From Phyllosticta citribraziliensis (lineage: Eukaryota), in the NCBI RefSeq assembly GCF_038025025.1, contig NW_027117353.1:434001-498000 (forward strand): a stretch of 64,000 bases of DNA, given 5' to 3'. This document shows, piece after piece, positions 50,968 to 61,491 of this stretch (its first letter is position 1; each line of letters begins with the position of its first letter). Both the position numbers and the translations under genes were made by a program. The notes under the pieces are model-generated. The model saw only the letters and a list, made by a program, of their open reading frames with translations, was not told the DNA's origin and made no database searches.

Positions 50968-52333
50968 ATGGTCCAAATTCTGAGATACGGCCTCATGGCC
51001 GCGGCAGCACTGCTGCCCAGCACAACGTCAGCATGGTTCATGATGTACGCCGACCAGTACCACACTGCGGACCTGGGCAATCCGACCCTCAACAGTGGCA
51101 TTGACCATGCCATCATGGCCTTTTTGCCCGTCAAGGACTTTTTGACCCAGGGAGGCGGCGAGTTTAAGCTATTTGAGCCTGTCGAAACGTTTCGGGCTCG
51201 CTTCCCAGCCGGAGTCAAGGTCATGGCTGCTATTGGCGGTTGGGGAGACACCGACTACTCCCAGGCGCTGCAGACCGCCAATGTGCAGACCTTTGCGAAG
51301 AACTGCAAGCTGGTCATTGACAAGTACGGTCTGGATGGCCTTGGTACGTCGGCTCTTTTTGGTCTTGGAATGTCCACTTACCGTACCTACAGATCTCGAC
51401 TTTGAGTACGTCGGTGGCAACGGCGTCGATTACAAAACGGTCCCCAATTCGCAAAAGGTGTGGGAGATTGATGCCTTTCCTCCATTCTTGCAGGCGGTGC
51501 GCAATGCCATTGGCAAGGACAAGTTTTTGTCTGTTGCTGTTCCGGGCCTGGAGCGCGACATGCTTGCCTTCAACCCCACGACGACGCCCAAGATTGCTGC
51601 GCAGGTCGACTCTTTCAACATCATGTCGTACGATCTCATGAACCGCCGCGACAACTACACCAAGCATCACGCGGATGTAGTGGGTTCCTACAACGCCGTC
51701 AAGAAGTACCTGGACATGGGTCTCCCCAAGGAGAAGGCAACCATGGGTTTCGCCTTTTACGCCAAGTACTTTACGACTGATCCGGCCTCGGGCTGCGCCA
51801 CCACTCCCCTCGGACCGAACTGCAAGACGGTGCCTCTTGAAAACGCCGACGGATCAGACAACGGCAAGTCTGGTGCGTTGACATTTGAGCCGTCTAACCA
51901 GCCAGGTCCTGGCAACCTTCCAACGTCATATGACGGCACCTGCGGAGCAACTGTGAAGAAGAGCTGCGCTGCGCCAAACTGCTGCAGCTCCGGTGGTTAC
52001 TGCGGCACCACGGACGCATACTGTGGTCTTGCTTGTATTCCCGGTTATGGTACTTGTGCCGGAGCGAGTGCGGTTCAGTCGTGGGCAAAGGCGATTGCAG
52101 CTCCCAAGGTCGACAGCCAGGCTGGAGGTCACTATTTCTGGGACGCCTCCGCCAATTTGTTCTGGACTTGGGACGAGCCTGTCCACATTGACGCCAAGTT
52201 CGCGCAGATTGTCCAGGGTCTGGGGATCAAGGGCGTCATGGCATGGTCCCTTTCGGAAGACTCGCTGGATAGGCGCCACCTCAAGGCAATTCAGCAGAAT
52301 GTGAAGAAGTTGGGTTTGAGCTCTGTAGCATAA
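50968..52333 (+). CDS. Secreted GH18 chitinase with an internal CBM18/hevein domain; exons 50968-51343, 51393-52333
   Basis: Signal peptide, KVMAAIGGW, catalytic LDGLDLDFEY (formed after splicing a 49-nt intron), NIMSYDLM and GVMAWSLSED. Cys-rich CG..C...CCS..GYCG....YC insert. Confidence 0.93.
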
Positions 52334-53792
52334 GGGTTTTGTAACGGAGAAATTGTGAATGACGGCTGAGGAAATGTAAATTTAGTCCACTGAACGGCAT
52401 AGCATAGGCAAACCATAGAGCGCAATCATGAGCATCGTCATTCGACAGTTTCGGACGAAGTGAGAGGTGATTTGAACAAGGCCTCGAAGCTGTCAGTGAC
52501 GTGATGATGTGATTTTATCACACGAGGCTGTTGGTTCGGAGGAGGCAGTGAGCATGGAAGCTCTAGTTGTGATCGACTGGTGGCAGTGTTGGTCCATTTT
52601 TGATTGGCATCCGAGCTGTCAGCCTCTCGGCGACGGGGCCACGGGGCCACGGTCCACGGATGGAGGCGGATGGTGAAGGGGTAAATAAAGCGCGCCGGGC
52701 CGCACGGGCGTTCCGCCGTTGAGCTAGTTGATTCCTGGAGAAAGAGGCTTGGGCGAGGTGAAAAGGAGGCAGGTTGAAATCAAATGTCTCTGATCATGTC
52801 GTGCGGGCTTGGCTGCGGACTTTGTGAGCCGTTGCGTTGTGCAAGGCTGAGACGTGGCGCGCATGGTGGTAGGCAACACGAGGTGTCCTTTCCACGAGGA
52901 GGGACGACGAATGAAGCGAGGGAGAGGGAATTGAGATTCGCGAACAGCGCAACCGGAGTCCCACGCCTTCACCCCACACAATGCGGAAATGAGGAACGGC
53001 AGTCGGCGCAGCACGGTCCGGGCGCAGCGGCATTCGTGGAGCGGTGAAAGCAGGGGAAAGCCACGAGCGGCAGGCGGCGGGAGGGGGCATGGAAAGAGCA
53101 AGCCAAGCGGGTGGCGTTTGAATGATGAAGTGACGATGGATGGAAAAGAGAGGGAGAGGGAGAGGGAGAGGGAGAGGGTTGGGTGTGGTTCGAGACTGCG
53201 GTGCCTGAGAAAGAGCTGGAGTCGCGTCCCGTTTAGGTCTAGCCAGGCACGTCAGCTGCAGAATGCCTGGCTGCCTGAGCCATTGGCCAATCAGCAGCGC
53301 TCGTCCAACGTCAACACCACGCCAAGCAAACGCAGGACGTTCTTGACAGCGGACACGGCAGCAGACCTGGCACTGCAGCAGCTCCTTCCTCCGCTTTGCC
53401 ATGCCGTGCTGGACCGCAAGCCGCCATCTGCTCTCGTGTCTTGCATGCGCTCTCCTCCTGTCCATCAGCATCAGCGTCATCGCCACGGCCCTCGTTCTGC
53501 TCGGCTCGTGTTTGTACAGCCCGCGCACTGATGGAAGCACACCCCGGGGCTAACGCGAAGCAGGCAACCAGACGAGACAGGGACAAATCTCGGCAGATGC
53601 GGCGATCCTCCCTAATCATGGCCCGTTTCAACATGGCCAACACCTACAAAGCCCTCGTCACTCGCTCTCCATCTGCTTCCCACCCTCTCGGCACCCTTTC
53701 GCTCTGCAGCCCTTCGCTTCTCTGACTTTTCAGAGGTCCATTCTTTCCGTCCGAGCTCATATCGGGCTGCTGTCACTCTTTTACATCAGAAA

Positions 53793-56417
53793 ATGCGTTT
53801 CATCAACTCCGCCGCCGTTGGCGGTGCCATCGTCGCTGGCGCCAGCTTGGCTGCTGCCCAGCAGGACCCGTACTGCAGCGACCGCCAGACCATCTGGACC
53901 ACCGAATATGTCACCATGTCTGCGCGCTCCTCGCCCATTCCCGTCCCTCAGGCCAGCACTCCTGTTCCTGTGGCGTCGAGCCCCCAGCCCGTGGCCTCCA
54001 GCAGCTCCGTTGGCGGCGGCAGCGCGCCTCCCCAGTCGCCTGCCTACACGCCATCCTACTCGGCCCCGGCTGTCCCCTCGTCTCCGGCCTACACGCCTTC
54101 GCCGGTTCCGTCGTCCCCGGCCTACACGCCCTCGCCGGTTCCTTCGTCTCCGGCTACCCCTGAGAGCAGCGCCCCCGCGTCTTCCTCCAGCGTCGCTCCT
54201 CCCTCGTCGTCTCCCGTCGAGGTCGACAGCGTTTTGACTTTGAGCTCTACTCCTCTTCCCACCATCAGCTCCACTTCGTCTTTCACTTCGACCTTTTACA
54301 AGACGACTTCCCAGGTCGACTCCAATGGTGGCACCACTCTCGTCACCGTTCCGGAGACTACGACGGTAAGCCTGGTCTTCAATTGTCTAGAATCCATCTA
54401 ACTTGCCCAGATCTGCCCGGAGACGTCCTCGACCCCTGCTGCTGGCTCTGGAACCCCAGTTCCCTCTGTTGAGTCGCCGGCCCCCACGCCCGAGTCTTCC
54501 GTTGTTACTTCGGAAACTCCCGTTCCCCAGAGCCCTGCTCCCACGCCCGAGTCTTCCATTGTTACTTCGGAGACTCCCGTTCCCCAGAGCCCCGCTCCCA
54601 CGCCGGAGACTTCGGTGGAGACTTCTGTCATCGTGACTCCCATCACGCAGTACAGCACTTCCACTCTGTACCGCACGGAGACTTCCACGGACGCTACTGG
54701 CGGTCTTACGACGGTCACTGTCCCCCACAGCACCACGGTAAGCAATTTTATTCCACTGCTACGAATTCTTTCTGATTTGAGTAGATCTGCCCTGTGACTG
54801 CCAGCGAGACCCCGGCTTCGACGCCCCAGGCCCCTGCCTCGACTCCTGAGTCTGTTGTTTCGACTCCTGAGGCTGCTACTTCTACCCCTGAGGCTGCTAC
54901 TTCTACCCCCGAGGCTGCCACTTCGACCCCTGAGGCCCCTGCCTCGACTCCTGAGTCTGTCAGCTCGACCCCTGCCGCTGTCACTTCCACCCCTCAAGTC
55001 ACCCCCGTTACGCAGTACAGCACTTCCACTCTGTACCGTACGGAAACTCAGACCGATGCTACTGGCGGCGTCGTTACCGTGACCGTTCCCCACAGCACCA
55101 CTGTAAGCCAAATTTCATCTGGGTACCAAACCTCATTTCTAATTTCAATAGATCTGCCCCGTGACGGCCACCGAGACCCCGGCCTCGACTCCTGAGGCTC
55201 CTGCCTCGACTCCTGAAGTGACTGGAATTACTCAGTGGACGACTTCGACCTTGTACCACACTTCTACGTCGACGGACGCCACTGGCGGTGTTGTTACCGT
55301 CACTGTTCCCCACAGCACCACGGTCTGCCCCGTCACGGCCACCGAGTCTTCCGTTGCTGGCGCCTCGTCGACCTGCGACTGCACGACCACCAGCACGACC
55401 ACCGTTGACCCTGAGCCGGTTACTGTCACCGTCACTTCTACCTCCAGCCCCGCTGGCGTCAACGCTGCCGATGTGACCTCGCCCGCTGCCGGCGTTTCTA
55501 CGCCCGTTGCTACGCCTTCCGTCGACTCGGCCGTTGCTGGTGTCTCTAGCTCGCCCGTCGCCCGCGGTTACACCCCCGCTGCTTCGTCGCCTGCCGCCAC
55601 GCCCGTCATTTCCGATGCCGCCGCTGGTGGTGCCTCCACTCCTGCCCCTGTCGCTTCTTCCCCTGCCGTCGTTTCGACCCCTGCTGCTGTGAGCACGCCC
55701 GCTGCGGCTGCCTCTAGCCCCGCGGCCTCGAGCTCTGCTGGCCTTGTCGGCGACCTGACCAACTCCGCCGGTTCGGCTGCGTCTGACGCGGTTGAGGTGA
55801 TTGGCGAGGCCGTCACTGGTACCGCCACGTACTACACCTACGGCACGGACCTTTCGCAGGGAACTTGCTCGTTCTCCGGCTACACTCTGCCTGCGTCCAT
55901 CTTCGGCACTGCGCTGACGGACTCTGACTGGGCCTCTGCCGCCCACTGCGGTTCCTGTATCAAGGTCACCGGTCCCCAGCAGAACTCGATCGTCGCCATG
56001 GTTGTCGACCAGTGCCCCGGCTGCGGCGACCACCACCTCGACCTGTTCCAGGACGCCTTCACCGAGCTCGACTCGCTTTCCGCCGGCCGCATCAACGTCG
56101 ACTGGGAGTTTGTTTCGTGCGGCATCACCAGCGGCATCTCGCTGCTCAACAAGGACGGCGCCTCGGAGTACTGGTTCGCCATGCAAGTCCAGAACAGCAA
56201 CCTGCCCATCGAGTCTCTCGAGGTCTCGACCGACGGCGGCAAGACCTGGACCAACACCACCCGCACCCAGTACAACTACTTCGAGTACGAGACTGGCTTT
56301 GGCCAGGCCAACGTCGACGTCCGCATCACCTCGACGACTGGCCTCAAGGTCACCGCCAACAGCGTCACCGTCAGCTCGTCGTCCACCCACGACGTCGGCG
56401 ACAACTTCTCTTCGTAA
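53793..56417 (+). CDS. Secreted expansin-like protein (about 827 aa; DPBB plus CBM63-like, EglD-type) with a long S/T/P repeat stalk; exons 53793-54365, 54411-54737, 54785-55102, 55152-56417
   Basis: Signal peptide. C-terminal GTATYY..GTCSF..GTAL..CGSCI..VDQCPGC..HLDLF..YWFAMQV..LEVSTDGGKTW..YNYF. Three phase-0 GTAAGC introns join four ORFs. Confidence 0.92.
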
Positions 56418-56736
56418 GCAAAGCGGGTCGTTCAAGGGACAAGCGGGACGACGACATCTTGTCAATAACCTCTCACTTGGGCTGGAATGGGCTGCGGCCC
56501 GCCTCCAGCGGCTTTGTTGAATGCATAGTTTCTTTTTGATGTTAATATTCTCGTCCAATCTCAAAACCCTTTTCTTTTGCTTTTGGTCTTATTTCGTTGT
56601 ACATTCTTTGTAGTTGCATGTGTCAATGTATCCTACCCATTTGAGCGTGTCAATCAGCGTCGTGTTGCATTTCAAGCATTGCCTTGCATTGGGTCGTTGC
56701 GTTGCATTGTAGCTTTTCCTGTTCCATCAATCAATC

Positions 56737-56860
56737 TGTGCCGCCTGACTGCCTGCCTTCATGGATGCTCCCAATGTGCCGCCTGACTTTCTGCCGCCGT
56801 GAATGCTCCCAATGTGCCGCCTGCCTTCCTGCCATCATGAACGCTCCCAATGTGTCGCCA
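56737..56860. repeat. Degenerate tandem repeat (about 38-nt unit, 3-4 copies; core GCTCCCAATGTGCCGCC)
   Basis: Core visible at about 56767, 56805 and 56843. Confidence 0.7.
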
Positions 56861-56936
56861 AGGGACGTCCGCCGTCACAGCAAGCCAATGGCCACTTCAA
56901 GAACGCCAGCAGCGTTGTCGCAACACCGCCCCGCCT

Positions 56937-58290
56937 TCATTGACTCCATCCTCCTGCACAGGTCTCCAACCAACGACATCGCTCCTCATACATGACGACC
57001 ACGACATCTCTCAACGCTCGCGCATCCACCTCTGCATCATGGAACGTAAGAGACCCATCGTACACGAACAGTCTACCAAAGACTGACTGGAGCCTGTTGT
57101 CCGTGCCAGAGCAGGTTTTCTTGACCATATCCTGAATATCTACCGGTTGGAAGAGCGGTAGCAAGTTCTGGGACTTGAGCGGTGGTATTTCAACTTGGTC
57201 TTGGCCCCTTAAGAGCCTTGCCATGATCGCCATGTCACAACTTGATTTGTTGTATGATACAAGTTGGTGGGATTTTTTTTGAGAAGCCCAGGTCTTTCAT
57301 CCGAGTCTTAATATCACTAGGCTTGGAGCCCCGTGTCGTGTTGCCGCGGTATCGTTTCCGAAACGTGGACGAAAATCCTTTGCGTGTCATTGTGTCGAAG
57401 TACGGCACGTCTCCATATAGCTCCTGCCATAGTTGCTCGGAGGTCTTGGTTCCATAGTCGATCAAAGTTGAGATTAGGACTTTTCTGGTGCGGAGCTCCA
57501 CGACAGCAAGCTGGTATGGTACAACGTCGTGATAGGAGTAGTTGGGGGGCTGATGGTACTCGCAATCCACAATCCACGTCGTCCTGTCCGGGCTGCACAT
57601 TGCCTCGCGGAGCCACTCGAGACTTTTGGATGGCGCTTCAGTCCGCATGATTGCATCCTTCAAGTCAGCTGGCTCAGCATGGGCACTCGCGACTTGAATG
57701 CTGCGTAGACGAGTGGTGTCTGCGTAGGGAGCGGCTCTGATTTGTCAACTGTTTTGCCAGCTGGCTCGGTATGGGGGTTCGGGGCTTGTCCATCGCGTTG
57801 ATGGGTGTTATTTTTGTCGGAAGCGGTTGTATATTGGAGCGCATGGCTAACCGGCTCAGCGTGTGTGTTCAGGGCTCTGTCGCGTGGATGACTATCGTCT
57901 GCGCGGAGACCAGATCCAGATTCGAGACCATGGCCAGCAGCTGTTGTGCCAGAGTTCGGCTGAGAATCATTCCTTGGATGATGTTGGGCATCGACTGGTG
58001 GAATCGGGCGCTATCTCCGTCATTAGAATAATCATTGTGGACGGAGAAGGCGAACTCACATTGGATCTAGTTCCGCTATGTTCTCTCCGTCTTTTCAGCA
58101 CGCGATATGCAATGGCGCCCCTGTCTTTCCTATTCAGATTCTGGTACTCGGGCCAATGCGTCCTCAGAGCTTCCTTGACTGCCTGGATATCATTTCCGAT
58201 GTGTATGCCTTCGAGGAACTTCCAATATGGACTGAGAGGAGTCAGCACATGGAAATGGAAGAGGGTCGACTGCAGAGCATACGAAGTCAT
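56937..58290 (-). pseudogene. DEDDh (DnaQ-like) 3'-5' exonuclease gene interrupted by a +1 frameshift in an A8 run (pseudogene or sequencing indel)
   Basis: ExoI WIVDCEY in ORF 57235-57663. Removing one A from 57273-57280 continues the frame into ExoII LVSYNKSSCD and ExoIII FHDAEVD of ORF 56937-57233. Upstream exons from ATG 58290 with introns 58282-58232, 58059-58011 and possibly 57851-57658. Confidence 0.7.
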
Positions 58291-59025
58291 GGTGGATCCG
58301 TGCCGAGGTGGCTGAGAGACGACGGATGAGAGGACGTATCATGCTGTTTGAACCTAGGGGATGGGGCGACTTGAAGGAGCACAGGTCCGCCGAAGGTGCG
58401 AATCAAGGTGTAGTGTATTGAGTAGGTGAGTGCGGGACTGAGATATCGCCCTGAGCGACGCCCGCAGCACCACGCTAGACTATCTATGCACTAGCGCTTC
58501 GGCTGTCTGACGACTCTACTGCCTACTGGAGACTCCATCCTCCATCACGACTTCCTTGGCCCGGATCGGAGGCAAGAGCTGCAGGATCGACTTGGTTTGA
58601 AATCAAGAGCTGGAAGGAGATTCGACCATTAGGAAAGCACGCTGCCCACCTGGACTACTCCTTCTCGGCCCCACATGCGGCAGGCTGTCCTGGCTGAGGA
58701 TATGGAAGGAAAACTAAGGCACGAGTGGAGTTGGTTTGATTTTTTCACGCACATTATAAGACCCGACACGTGAAGAGATTAATTGCTGAGCAGCAGAAAG
58801 TCGTGGACCATTGAATTCGGGTCTCAAAACAAGAATTTTGGAGTGGAATGACCGCCTGGAAGTGAGAGCAAAGGGGGGAAAAAAATATAAGGGCGGGATT
58901 ATCAAAATTCAAGTTGTATTCTACTTGTAATCAACCTTTACTGCAACCCGTTCGCTCCGGCTCGCCAAAACCAGTATCGATGACAGCGGGGTCCCTGAGT
59001 CCGGCCTGGAGGCAAGCAACAGCGC

Positions 59026-60003
59026 TCAGAAGAATTCGTGGTGGCCAGTTGGCAGAGAGTTGTCCACCCTCTCCCCCCGCTTGGACTCCGCGACGGCAGC
59101 ACGTTGGCTGCTGATGACCCTGCGCAACGTCTCCACGGCGAACCTCACCTCGGGCTCATCGTGTCCCCACTTCTCGGCGCAGGCCGGGCCCAGATTGCAC
59201 TTGTCGGTCGAGAGTATTCCTTTGCGGACGTTGCGGCACGTAGGGAGGACATGGACGAGCACACCGTGTTGCTTCGGCTGGGAGCAGTTTCCCTTGCGCC
59301 ACTGCCTGCAAACGTGGAGCTTGTCGCAGTTGGTGCGGTCGTCTACTCCGACTCGGGGCCGTCCTGGAATCCGCGAGGGCATCTCCTGTCCAAGCCGGCA
59401 GGCTTCGCCGCGGAGCGAGTCAGGGCAGATGGACCTGATAAACTCTTTCTCCTCCGACGCGAGCGGGGCAGTCAGAGGTCCCGAGCGGTCGCCCCATTGT
59501 TGCTCCGCGAGGGCTTCGCTCACAAAGTCAGTCCACTCCGCCCTGGTGAAAACACGAGCCGCATCAGGGTCGTCCTCCTCGTCGGAGTCGGCATTCGGCC
59601 AGGATTCACCGTAGCCGTCAAGGATGCCCTCGATGAACCTTCCTTGCGGGTTGTCGAATGGGTCGGGGAGGCTGAAGTCGTCCCGGGGGATACTTGCTGG
59701 AGGAGGCGAGCCTGGGGGAGCTGGAGCGGCAGGGATGGCCTGAGGAGTAGCGGAGGCAGCGCTGCCCTTGCTGTACGCGTTGGAAGTCGGGGCGTCAAGG
59801 CCTACGGGTTTGCCCTCAGGCTGCTTCAGGACCACATCGGAGGGGATAGTGGTCGGAGGAGGCATGCTTGGGGGAGCTGGTCCAGGCGGGAGTTCGTCCT
59901 CCTCCTCTTCCCCTTCCCAGACGATGCTGTAAGTCGGGGACTCGGGGCCTAGGGGTTTGCCCGTAGGCTCCTTGATGATGCGGTCATTCATCCAAGATTC
60001 CAT
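59026..60003 (-). CDS. Tandem CCCH-type zinc-finger protein (325 aa) with a duplicated Pro-rich N-terminal module
   Basis: Ligand spacings C193-x8-C-x23-C-x3-H230, C232-x7-C-x5-H-x4-H251 and C256-x12-C-x5-C-x5-H281. ATG-initiated ORF with coding-like composition. Confidence 0.7.
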   Translation of the reverse strand: MESWMNDRIIKEPTGKPLGPESPTYSIVWEGEEEEDELPPGPAPPSMPPPTTIPSDVVLKQPEGKPVGLDAPTSNAYSKGSAASATPQAIPAAPAPPGSPPPASIPRDDFSLPDPFDNPQGRFIEGILDGYGESWPNADSDEEDDPDAARVFTRAEWTDFVSEALAEQQWGDRSGPLTAPLASEEKEFIRSICPDSLRGEACRLGQEMPSRIPGRPRVGVDDRTNCDKLHVCRQWRKGNCSQPKQHGVLVHVLPTCRNVRKGILSTDKCNLGPACAEKWGHDEPEVRFAVETLRRVISSQRAAVAESKRGERVDNSLPTGHHEFF

Positions 60004-60018
60004 AACGGGCTGTCAAAT

Positions 60019-60364
60019 CTAAAATTGACGTGAGACAGGAACTTCCAACGCGGACGGTGGACTTTGGTATGACTCACCGGGCAGCGCGAAGGGGATTGTG
60101 TTGTGTAGTATGGGCGGCACTGAAGTCATGTGAGATGAGACCCTCCAACGCGGATGGTGAGCTTTGTGACGACTTACCAAGCAGAGCGTGGTAGGGTATG
60201 TGGAACTGGACTCGTGTGAGAAGAGAGCTTCCAACGCGGACGGTGTGCTTTGTGATGACTTACCGAGCAGGGCGTGGTGGTGGTCGCGTTGTGTAGGGTA
60301 CGTGTAACTGGACTTGTGTGAGATGAGAGCTTCCAACGCGTTGCCAGCTTTGCTGTAGACTCAC
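60019..60364 (-). repeat. Tandem array of four similar intron plus mini-exon units (introns 60364-60308, 60263-60206, 60177-60120, 60077-60019)
   Basis: Each unit on the minus strand reads GTRAGT..CAAAG..CGCGTTGGA..CTCAC..YAG and is 57-59 nt long. Confidence 0.8.
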
Positions 60365-60865
60365 GCGTCCTTTAGCGACAAGAGCGAGGTTGCGTCCGGG
60401 GTGGAGGGACGGTAGAGGTTTGAGCTTTTGGCTTGGGCAATGCGGATGGCAGAGGTGCGGGAAGCGCGAGTTTTGCGTCCAGTGTGGAGGGATGGTGGAG
60501 GTTTGAGGTTCGCGATGGAACCAAGTGGGCGCTGCGCGGAGGTGCGCCCATGGACGGCCTGAGGTTCTTCCCAAGAACAGAACCAGCTCAGTGGTGGTGG
60601 CTTCTTCCAGTCAATCCAGAGTGGTCCCGGTCCTGTTTTTCCACCTCCAACCCAACAACCTCCCTCCTCCTCCCTCCTCCTCCCTCCTCCAGACGCCAAC
60701 CCCTCTCCCGACGCAAGGAACAAACAGGCCAAAATGCGTACCGTCTTTGACACTCCAGACTTCAAGAACAAAACCAGCACCGTCCGCTCCATGGCGGTGA
60801 TGAGCTTGCGCGCGTCGGCCGCCCCGCCGTGGAACCTCGCCACACACCATATCAAAGCCACGGCA

Positions 60866-61491
60866 CCCTCACCTCCCTCGTCGCAGCTTTTCGAGAAGAT
60901 GGCGACGCGCAACTCTCACCTCGAGCGCATGAGGGCCGCCAGAGATGGACGACACCTTCCTTCCCGCGCAATGTCAGCCCCGCCAACTGGACTACCGCGC
61001 CGTGTGGGTTTCGCCATGGAAGCCCGGCACCAAGCTGTCGACCTCAACACCACCGACTCTCCATTTCCCACCCACACCTCTTGTTCCACCTCGGAAGCTC
61101 AAACGCTCAAACGCTCACCTCTGCGGCCTCCGACCCACATCTCCATTCCCACGCCTCTCACCTCTGCTTGTTCCGCCCTGGAAGCTCTTGAGCTCACCTC
61201 GGCAGCCTGACGGCAATCCGGCCAGGCCAGAAACGCCTCCCATCACGACCCCACCATTGTCTGCCGCGAGCCGACACGCCGCCACCACTACCGAGAGGTA
61301 CATGTCGGAGCGCTCCCCTCACCTCCCTCGTCGCAGCTTTACGAAAAGATGGCGAACCGCAGCCCCCACCTCGAGCACATGAGGGCCGGCTTTGCCCGCA
61401 CGTCCGCGCCAGAGATGGACGACACCTTCCTTCCCGCCCACTGGACTACCGCGCCGTGTGGGCTTCACCATGGGTGCGCGGCACCAAGCTG
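60866..61491 (+). repeat. Imperfect direct duplication of about 175 bp (60866-61037 and 61316-61491)
   Basis: Shared CCCTCACCTCCCTCGTCGCAGCTTT...CCAGAGATGGACGACACCTTCCTTCCCGC...CTGGACTACCGCGCCGTGTGGG...CGGCACCAAGCTG. Confidence 0.9.

Noticed and set aside
55074..56564. 496-aa minus-strand Gly/Arg-rich ORF
   Set aside because: Antisense shadow of the expansin gene.
59038..59952. 304-aa plus-strand ORF
   Set aside because: Antisense to the CCCH gene, which has an ATG start and recognisable motifs.
60019..60364. Repeat-spacer pattern resembling a CRISPR array
   Set aside because: Eukaryotic context, no cas genes, degenerate repeats, and 'spacers' similar to each other; better explained as duplicated introns and exons.
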